Shown one piece after another: positions 10,186 to 17,647 of a DNA stretch of 64,000 bases. The position numbers were made by a program, and so were the translations under genes. This DNA comes from Candidatus Pelearchaeum maunauluense. GTDB lineage: Archaea > Thermoproteota > Nitrososphaeria_A > Caldarchaeales > Caldarchaeaceae. The notes beneath the pieces are model-generated. The model saw only the letters and a list, made by a program, of their open reading frames with translations. It did no database searches and was not told the origin of the DNA. The stretch spans positions 1 through 64,000 of the forward strand of contig JANVYQ010000001.1 in the NCBI GenBank assembly GCA_030059675.1, in the 5' to 3' direction. The stretch's first letter is position 1. The number at the start of each line of letters is the position of its first letter.

Positions 10186-11120
10186 GGGCTAGCCACATAG
10201 GGAACGTTACCGTTAGGAGCCTGGCCATACTCTACCTAGAGCCGGAGACGCCTATATATGTAGGTGCTGGAGGAGAGGAGGTCGTTAGATACTTCCTCAG
10301 ATTACCGGGAAGGGGCCTGCTAATACCTGCGACGAGCTGGAAGGGAGCCTTCAGGGCTGTGACCGAGGCGATAGCTAGGAGTTTAACTAGGGAGGACGTA
10401 AAGGACGAGCTAGAGTGGATAGCCCTAAGGACTTACTCCGAGGCCGACGACGGGATAAGGTACAAGGCTGATAGTGAAGAGCTTGAGAGGGTAGGGAAGG
10501 AAGTGAAGGTTATACTCAACGGAGGCAAGAGCGAGCTCTTAGACGTGAGCAAGGAGGAGCTACTTTATTTCCTAGAGGAGGCGGGCTCCGAGAGGGAGAA
10601 GCTGGAGCGTAACGACGAGCACGAGTTAAGAAGTGCAGCTGAGAAGCTGGTCGCACTCAACTGCCCTATCTCCAAGCTCTACGGGAATAAGGTCATAGCT
10701 AGCAAGCTCAAGTTCCTAGACACGATAATCGACGCACCTACCTCGATTAGGCCCGGTATAGCCATAGACAGGGCTAGCATGAGGGTTAGGGAGGGACACC
10801 TCTTCTTCACCGAGGTCTTAGACAGGAAGGATACAATACAGCTTAAGTTAATAATTGATAACGTAAAGCCCGGAGAGACTGATTCGCTACTTTTAGCATC
10901 AACCTTACGACATATAGAGACGCTAGGGCTGAGGATAGGGGGGAGGAGGTCAACGGGTTTGGGGAACCTAAGACTTAGAGAAGCGAAGATATACACGATA
11001 AATCTAGAAGAGGACGTAAAAAGGGAAAGGATGAAAATAGCGAGGATAACTGAAGGAGATCAGCGTAGCATAACAGAATTCATAGAATGGTTGATGGCAC
11101 AGAGAGATGAGCGTTCATAA
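10182..11120 (+). CDS. cas7: Cas7-family RAMP with helical insertion
   Basis: TPIYVGAG, IPATSWKGAFR, CPISKLYG, GIAIDR, IGGRRSTGLG. Confidence 0.88.
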   Translation: MRASHIGNVTVRSLAILYLEPETPIYVGAGGEEVVRYFLRLPGRGLLIPATSWKGAFRAVTEAIARSLTREDVKDELEWIALRTYSEADDGIRYKADSEELERVGKEVKVILNGGKSELLDVSKEELLYFLEEAGSEREKLERNDEHELRSAAEKLVALNCPISKLYGNKVIASKLKFLDTIIDAPTSIRPGIAIDRASMRVREGHLFFTEVLDRKDTIQLKLIIDNVKPGETDSLLLASTLRHIETLGLRIGGRRSTGLGNLRLREAKIYTINLEEDVKRERMKIARITEGDQRSITEFIEWLMAQRDERS

Positions 11121-12372
11121 ACAGATAATTATGCGACAATTTGATGAGGCGTTTAGTAAAATAAGCATATTATCTTACTTTCTTAGCAACCTTGATATAA
11201 GGTTGCATGAGATCAATATTAATAAAATATTAGAGGAATGGTTACTCGATAATGCAATTAAAAAGTTAAATGATGAAAAATGGGATAATATATTAAGTAA
11301 ACTTGTAATAAGCACCCTAGAAACTAAATCAAGAGAACTATTTCATGAGATAATATCTTACACAGAAAATAAAATTAACGAATATAAAAACTATATAAAA
11401 GAATTAACACATGCCAAACACCCCCCTCCTGATGAAGCTCTCTCTGTCTTTATAAATTGTAGTAAAGTTTTACATGATTTCGTTATATTTGAAAAAGAGA
11501 AAATAAAGGAATTAAGAGAGATTATAAATAAGAGTTTAAATGAGGGCCTATGGTATTTATGCAGTATAAATTCTATGCTCTTTACACTTAGTGAATATAA
11601 AATTATAGAGGTACTTAGGCCACCTAGAAACGGGCAAATACTCCTAACATATGGGTCAGTTTTTCAACAACCTATATCGTTTAAGGTAAATCTTGATTTA
11701 ATCAATGATTTAACAATTTTATTTGAAAATTATACGAGTTTAAACCTAAATGACAGTCGTCTTGTAGAACGGTTAGCTACATGGAGGGCAGAGAACAAAG
11801 AAAATGAGATTATCGAACTATTAACAAATAAAATATGCAGTCTTAACCAGTTACAAAATAAAGGCGATAAAATTAGAGATCTCATAAAAATGATTACGTA
11901 TATACTGATAAGAAATAAGCAGGTTTGTTTATTAGACTTATTTAATTATCTACTTTCTAAATCAAGTCGCGGAACTGTTAACCTGTTGGTTTCACTCGAA
12001 ATATATAAGAACACACATGTATGCGTAATACCTCATTGTGAGGTTAAATTTGATGAAGATTTACTCAAAGAAGTTGACTTAGTAATTCCCTATGTCAATG
12101 CAAAATTTCCAAACCTTATAATAATTGAAATAACTACTAGCAAAAGTGATAAAGAAATAGATAGAAAACTATGTGAGTTTGAGAAGAAATTACTCATCTT
12201 AAGGAATTACTGTGATGTACTAGGAATACTCGTTCATAATAACAACGAAAAAATTTACGAAGAACGTTCCGAACAATTAATTATAGCACCTTTTTCAGAG
12301 TTTCAAAAAATCCTAGAGAAAATAAGATCTGAAGTGTCTTCGAATAGTAGCCTCATTTTGGAGAACGTATAA
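11107..12372 (+). CDS. Uncharacterised cas-linked protein with C-terminal PD-(D/E)XK-like nuclease domain
   Basis: 421 aa; overlaps the last RAMP gene by 14 nt; markedly AT-rich; EVDLVI-x11-IIEITTS...K near the C terminus. Confidence 0.65.
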   Translation: MSVHKQIIMRQFDEAFSKISILSYFLSNLDIRLHEININKILEEWLLDNAIKKLNDEKWDNILSKLVISTLETKSRELFHEIISYTENKINEYKNYIKELTHAKHPPPDEALSVFINCSKVLHDFVIFEKEKIKELREIINKSLNEGLWYLCSINSMLFTLSEYKIIEVLRPPRNGQILLTYGSVFQQPISFKVNLDLINDLTILFENYTSLNLNDSRLVERLATWRAENKENEIIELLTNKICSLNQLQNKGDKIRDLIKMITYILIRNKQVCLLDLFNYLLSKSSRGTVNLLVSLEIYKNTHVCVIPHCEVKFDEDLLKEVDLVIPYVNAKFPNLIIIEITTSKSDKEIDRKLCEFEKKLLILRNYCDVLGILVHNNNEKIYEERSEQLIIAPFSEFQKILEKIRSEVSSNSSLILENV

Positions 12373-12769
12373 TTTTTAACCCCATATATGGTTATAAATC
12401 TCCAGGCGATGAATGTGTCCCCTAAGGAATAATTATATTATAATTATATCAATAGACACAACTCTCAACTACGAGATTTATCATCGAAATGCGTTTACTT
12501 GCTTTTAAGGAGTAGGGGTAGGGGGCCTAGCAGAGACGTTAGACTATACATAACTATCGTAGTTGTTAATGAGAGGTCTAAAGGCTCTCTGAGATATGTT
12601 GAGGACAACTATAGGTATAGGTTTAGGTGAAGTTCAGCGACATGATGAAACTAGGAGAAGGAATAAACTGAAACTAAGATATTAGCAAGATTGATAGCAC
12701 GTGCAGCGAAGATATGGACGAGGATAGTAAGGGCAATAAATGAAATTATTAGACACGCTCACAGGATTG

Positions 12770-12955
12770 TTTTAAATTCCTTCTAGGATTCAAGTTACAC
12801 GACGGTCTCGAGGATAGACATCGACTCCATGTTCATCTTTCAATTCCTTCTAGGCTTCAAGGCGACAGGCTGATGTGGTACAACATGGGCGAGTTCGACC
12901 ACACTTTCAATTCCTTCTAGGATTCAAGAGCGCAGGCATGATAGTCCAAGGCCGT
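12770..12955 (-). CRISPR. Truncated CRISPR array: 3 repeats, 2 full spacers, 1 partial spacer
   Basis: 25-bp repeat CTTTCAATTCCTTCTAGGATTCAAG at 12770-12794 (2 mismatches, trailer copy), 12837-12861 (1 mismatch) and 12904-12928; two 42-bp spacers; minus-strand form ends ATTGAAAG; no leader, runs into trpB fragment. Confidence 0.93.
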
Positions 12956-13702
12956 TTAGCCCTCTTCCTCCATCTGCCGCACAGCTTCAAGACCAATAAC
13001 CGACTGGTGGATTAGCGTGAAGTTCATCACACTCCCTACAGCGTATCTATAGCCATCTCCCTGGAGCACGGTCTCTACGGCCTCAGAGATCGCTATACCC
13101 AGGGAGCCTGGGTGTTCTGGGTTTTCTCCAAGCAGTATGGAGCCGAGCCGCGTCCGCCTACTTGGGCTGGGAACAACCTCAGCACCATACATGCGCATCA
13201 AGTACCGCCTATAGGGTTTCTGGCGATAGCTACTCCGCGTCATGAAGACTAGGCAACGGAGGCCGAAGCGTGATGCAGCGAGAGCAACAGCAGAGCCCCA
13301 CTGGCCAGCACCAGTCTCGGTAACCAAATACGCGGAGTTCTCTCTATGCGCATAATACGCCTGAGGCAGGGCCGTGTTGGACTTATGACTACCAATCGGG
13401 TTGATGTCCTCGCGTTTGTAGAGGATATGTGCAGGCGTGTCAAGTAGCTTCTCAAGCCGCCTAGCCCTTACCAGCGGCGTCGGTCTGCCCAGAGCTCTGT
13501 AAGCTTCAAGAACCGCGTCTAGAATATCTATGTAGCGCTGCGGTGATATCTCTTGGTCTAGAAGCTCCGCTGGGAAGAGCTTGGGCAAATTCTCAATCCG
13601 CGAATGCTCGTCAAAGCTTTTAGGGTCTCGTGGTGGTAATGGTTTGGGGAGGTCTGGCAGAATATTATACCATCTATTGCTGAGTATAGCCATGCCTCTC
13701 AA
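12956..13702 (-). pseudogene. trpB: Tryptophan synthase beta chain (TrpB2 type), 3'-truncated
   Basis: WYNILPDLP, GSHKSNT (PLP Lys), TETGAGQWG, PGSLGIAISEA, GSVMN; only 248 aa, C-terminal part absent. Confidence 0.88.
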
Positions 13703-14444
13703 CCGCCCTCTTTAATTCAGCGACAAAACCGCATACGCGGCTTATCTTTTCATCCTCACCCGCTTCCTCTAAAATTCGCAGTAGAGCGCTCCCCACCACG
13801 ACGCCATCCGCGCCTGCCTGCATGTATTGCTCCACCTGCTCAGGGCTTCGGACAGCAAAGCCAACAATAAGCGGCACACTCCCTACCAGCTCGCGGAAGA
13901 GGCGTATGTTCCTCCCAGCCGAGATGGGCAGTAGAACCCCAGTAGATACCATCAAGCCCAGGTAGATGAAAGCTGGCTCCAAGGAGGAGAGCCGCTTAAC
14001 CAACTTATGCGGAAAGCCCGTAGTTATGAAGAAAGCCTGCGCAACACCATACTTCTCACAGAGCCTAGAGTATCTCTCCAATTCCCCCAAGTGGTCTATC
14101 AACAAATCTGGAAATAACACACTACCGAACCCACTACTAACCCTGGAGAAGAAATCTTCAACCCCATACTTGAGAGCCTCGTCATAGTAGGTGAATAGAA
14201 TCTTGTTATCTCCAGGTAATTTGACAGCAGAATCCAGAGCATCGTCAAGCCCAGACAGGCTGGCGAGCGCGCGGCGCATAGAGCGTCTGATAACAGGACC
14301 ATCATACTTGGGCCTAGCTACGGGAAGCCCCACCTCAAGAATATCCATACCCGACTGATAGAGAGCAGAGACTAGCTTCGTGTTGATGAGCGGGTCTCCC
14401 GCGGTTATGTACAGGATGAGCGCGCGTCTTAGTTTTGGCAGCAT
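13674..14444 (-). CDS. trpA: Tryptophan synthase alpha chain
   Basis: YITAGDP, LEVGLP...PKYDGPVI, VGFAV, GADGVVVGSA. Confidence 0.9.
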   Translation of the reverse strand: MLPKLRRALILYITAGDPLINTKLVSALYQSGMDILEVGLPVARPKYDGPVIRRSMRRALASLSGLDDALDSAVKLPGDNKILFTYYDEALKYGVEDFFSRVSSGFGSVLFPDLLIDHLGELERYSRLCEKYGVAQAFFITTGFPHKLVKRLSSLEPAFIYLGLMVSTGVLLPISAGRNIRLFRELVGSVPLIVGFAVRSPEQVEQYMQAGADGVVVGSALLRILEEAGEDEKISRVCGFVAELKRAVERHGYTQQ

Positions 14445-14617
14445 AGCCCTGCTGTCGCTTTTCCCGTGTTGAAGGACGCGACAATAAAAGTGTAATCTAA
14501 GTGAGCTTCATGGAACTTGGACTTCGGCAACGTAGGCGTCGCCTAGTTTTACAATACACTTTGACCTACCAGGGCTAAGCACAGCCAACGGGGCGATAAC
14601 GGTGCTTATAGCTTTTC
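14435..14617 (-). promoter_or_regulatory. BRE/TATA plus structured 5' leader of trpA-trpB
   Basis: Minus-strand GAAAAGCTATAAG at 14617-14605; four nested or adjacent stems, the outermost pairing over the trpA start codon. Confidence 0.5.
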
Positions 14618-14751
14618 TTAAAGTCAGAGCAGAAAAATCTCCTTTATAGTAATATGCGGCGAAAATCAGCTATAGCGGTTGTTGCTTAATGATTAAACAG
14701 TTCTGGGCAAGATTATTAAGTGATGGTTTGCACCGCTATTAGGCTGAAATC

Positions 14752-14910
14752 ATGGCAGGACTAGTTTGCCATAGTTGTGGAAAAGAGATGGAAACGCCGA
14801 CTTGCTGCGGCTCGCCTATGAAGCAAGAGGGGGATAAGCTGATTTGTCCCTCCTGCGGCGGCTCAAAGCCAACTCCAACCTGCTGCGGCGCACCGATGCA
14901 CGCGCATTAG
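14752..14910 (+). CDS. 52-aa Cys-rich protein, tandem desulforedoxin-like/metallothionein-like repeat
   Basis: Manual translation MAGLVCHSCGKEMETPTCCGSPMKQEGDKLICPSCGGSKPTPTCCGAPMHAH; two CxxC-x8-CCGxPM units; below the ORF-track cutoff. Confidence 0.8.
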   Translation: MAGLVCHSCGKEMETPTCCGSPMKQEGDKLICPSCGGSKPTPTCCGAPMHAH

Positions 14911-15083
14911 CGCTACACCCAAAAATATCCCTCCAAATATTTTTCATCTTTAATAAGATGCACAACAAGCTAGTGGTAGAGAAGCTTAGGGGAAGTTCTC
15001 CACTGAGAAAATAGCTCCTCCAACCCTCATCTAGGGCGTTAGTTAGGCTTCTCCCTACGTACTACTGGAGGTGAGTTGGTTAA

Positions 15084-16259
15084 TTGAGGATAAGGCTAAC
15101 AGCCAGAACTAACATAACCGTATCAGGCTTCATACTAACCACCTCAATCCAGATACTCAACCCGATACTGGCTATCTACGTCTATCGTGAGCTCTCCGCC
15201 ACGCCTGCCGAGGTTGGTGTTATATTCGCTGTCTTCGCGCTGGCTGGCCTTCTTCTCCGCGTGGGCCTGGCTTTTCTCGTGAGCGAAGACCGTCTGGGAG
15301 CGCTACTACTGCTGGGGCTGGTGGTCAACACACTCAGCATAGCAGGCTACTACCTAGTGGATACAATAGAAGGAATGCTGGTCATGCGCATAATACACGG
15401 CGCAGCCATAGCACTTGACAACACAACCATGCTAACCCTAATCGGCCTCGTAGTAGCCAACGAGGGAGAGATAGCGCGCTCACTCTCCAGGTATACAGCA
15501 GCAATAGCCATGGGACTCATGACAGGCCCCGCCATAGCCACAGTAGTGGTAGCAGTATTAGGGACCAGGGAAGCCATACTCGCTTCAGCCCTCATAAGCG
15601 CACCAACAATCATACTCGGCTACCTATTCATACGAGAATCACGTGGAATATGGCTGGGTCCAATCCACCATCATACGACTGTTAAGGAGTTTATCACGAT
15701 AATACGCGGCGTCGGCATAAGGCTTGCCAGCTCCATCTTCTTCCTCTTCTCCGTCGTCTATGGCGTGTTTCTAGCTTACGCGCCCCTCATCGCTGGTCCC
15801 AGGCTGGGGCTCGCCGACGAGATAATCACAATCCTCTTCCTAGGATACTTCGGAATCTCATTCATAACCCGCGTGATGCTGTCGCGTCTCCTAAGCCTAC
15901 TGGGAGCACAGCACCTCCTAATACTCGCGCTAACAATCTCAGCAGCAGGCCTAGTAATCACAGGGCTCAGCAACTCACCGCAGCTCTTCATACTGGGATT
16001 TGAGCTGATAGGAGTTGGGCATGGAATCACGTTCCCAGTAACCGCGATAATCGCCGCAAGAACTGTGGCGCCACAGTTTAGGGTTTTGGGGAACGCTATA
16101 TATCTAGGAGCGTGGGACGTTGGCACGCTCCTGGGACCGTTGGTAGGCGCCCTGCTGGCACCCTACCTAGCCATAGGGCAGCTAATAGCGCTGGCAGCGA
16201 TAGCGCCTATAGCAGCGGCGCTCCTCGCGCTTAACCTAAAGAAGACAGGCATACACTAA
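15084..16259 (+). CDS. MFS transporter
   Basis: About 12 TM segments, MRIIHG motif, GGAGGTGA ribosome-binding site upstream. Confidence 0.85.
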   Translation: MRIRLTARTNITVSGFILTTSIQILNPILAIYVYRELSATPAEVGVIFAVFALAGLLLRVGLAFLVSEDRLGALLLLGLVVNTLSIAGYYLVDTIEGMLVMRIIHGAAIALDNTTMLTLIGLVVANEGEIARSLSRYTAAIAMGLMTGPAIATVVVAVLGTREAILASALISAPTIILGYLFIRESRGIWLGPIHHHTTVKEFITIIRGVGIRLASSIFFLFSVVYGVFLAYAPLIAGPRLGLADEIITILFLGYFGISFITRVMLSRLLSLLGAQHLLILALTISAAGLVITGLSNSPQLFILGFELIGVGHGITFPVTAIIAARTVAPQFRVLGNAIYLGAWDVGTLLGPLVGALLAPYLAIGQLIALAAIAPIAAALLALNLKKTGIH

Positions 16260-16317
16260 GCCCCTTGAGAGACAGTTTAATAGAACTTAAAATACACTGC
16301 CCCTACAGTGCTGCTTC

Positions 16318-16797
16318 ATGCTCTTGACGTGGATAATCATAATCAAGCTGATACACATTATCGCTGCCACCATCTGGATTGGCGGGATAATCTTCACAAC
16401 GCTTATGAGCCGTGGGCTTAGGAGGGAGATGCCCCAGCGCGAGGTTACCGCGCTTGTTCAGAGGGTAGGCCGTATAATAGCGTCGCCCATGCGCATATCC
16501 CTCTACATAGCCATAGGCACTGGGCCTTTCCTACTGCTGAGCAGGGGGATAAACCCAATAACGCTACTACTGGAGGTGGATACATTCGTGGAAGCCCTAG
16601 CAGCAAGCAAAACAATACTCGCAGCAATAATCGTGGTTCTGGCTATTTATCATACGCGGATAGGAAGCAGGCTCTCAGGCCTTGAGGATGATAAGGAATA
16701 TAGCAGGACTAGAATGAAGCTGATAGTTGTTGGCTGGCTGTCGTTGATACTCACTCTAGCTTTGCCAGTTCTTGGGACGATAATGCGATACTCATAG
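16318..16797 (+). CDS. CopD-like/DUF4149-like four-helix membrane protein
   Basis: IHIIAATIWIGG motif, K and H in later TM helices. Confidence 0.6.
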   Translation: MLLTWIIIIKLIHIIAATIWIGGIIFTTLMSRGLRREMPQREVTALVQRVGRIIASPMRISLYIAIGTGPFLLLSRGINPITLLLEVDTFVEALAASKTILAAIIVVLAIYHTRIGSRLSGLEDDKEYSRTRMKLIVVGWLSLILTLALPVLGTIMRYS

Positions 16798-17637
16798 ACC
16801 TTTTCTCAGTAGCTCCACAACTCCCTGGAGCTCGCTGGGCTTCACATCCTCACCACGTATATTCTTAAAAGCCTCCACAACAACAAAATCAGAAGCCACA
16901 TCGTACTTCTGCCGATTGTCTATGACAGCCCTCAAAAACTCGGAATCAACGCCAGGGAGTATATGCTCCTTCAAACAGCCGTTTATGGCTAGACAATCGT
17001 ATATATGAAGACCACTAATCCACCTGCCCAGCCCGCTGAACCAACGCTCCACAACACTACCCACGGAAACATTCTCCTCACGTCTCACCTCATACATCCA
17101 TGCATGCCCGACATCAAAACATAGCCTAGCATTACCAACCTCTAGGAAAACCGCCTCAGCGTCATGCGGGTCTGCTAGAAATTGAGATGGGACGTTTTCA
17201 AAGACCAGCCTAATATCAAGCTCCTCTGCACGCATTACGAGTGTATTCATAGAATTGACAGCAGCATCTTTCACGGCCTTAGTGTATTCGTCCATCTCCT
17301 TGACAGCCTGCTCCGTAGCCATGTGAAAGAGCATATAGAGCGGCTCCATCCTCTTAGCCTCTTCCACCGTCTTCAACACATATTTTAACGAGGCTTCGCG
17401 AACCTCATTTATCGGCGACGCCAGCTTTACGTCGCGCCAACCGCCATGAACAGCTAGAAGCAAACCATTTTCGCAGATTTCCTCGCCAATCTTCCTTAGC
17501 AGCCCGTTATCTTGCAGAGGCCATGGAAAATCAAAGCTAACCTCCACATAGTCAAAGCCAGTTTCGCGTATCTCTCTTATCTTCCCGCTATACGCGTTCC
17601 TATCACCTCTCCAGAGTGAGAAGCCTAAAAACACCAT
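16792..17637 (-). CDS. Xylose isomerase-like/AP endonuclease family 2 TIM-barrel protein
   Basis: GFDYVE, VH, FH, FENV, CFDVGHA, HIYD, EH; likely ATG at 17637, 10 nt after the upstream gene. Confidence 0.8.
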   Translation of the reverse strand: MVFLGFSLWRGDRNAYSGKIREIRETGFDYVEVSFDFPWPLQDNGLLRKIGEEICENGLLLAVHGGWRDVKLASPINEVREASLKYVLKTVEEAKRMEPLYMLFHMATEQAVKEMDEYTKAVKDAAVNSMNTLVMRAEELDIRLVFENVPSQFLADPHDAEAVFLEVGNARLCFDVGHAWMYEVRREENVSVGSVVERWFSGLGRWISGLHIYDCLAINGCLKEHILPGVDSEFLRAVIDNRQKYDVASDFVVVEAFKNIRGEDVKPSELQGVVELLRKGL

Positions 17638-17647
17638 GCTGGGGCTG

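Noticed and set aside
12373-12769. Possible remnant of another accessory gene or a CRISPR leader
   Set aside because: Only short broken frames with no recognisable motif; it lies on the trailer side of the array, so it is not the leader.
2346-12958. Casposon or CRISPR-associated transposon
   Set aside because: No Cas1, PolB, Tns, integrase or convincing terminal inverted repeat or target duplication.
14510-14588. Classical Trp attenuator leader peptide
   Set aside because: The 26-codon uORF has no Trp codons.
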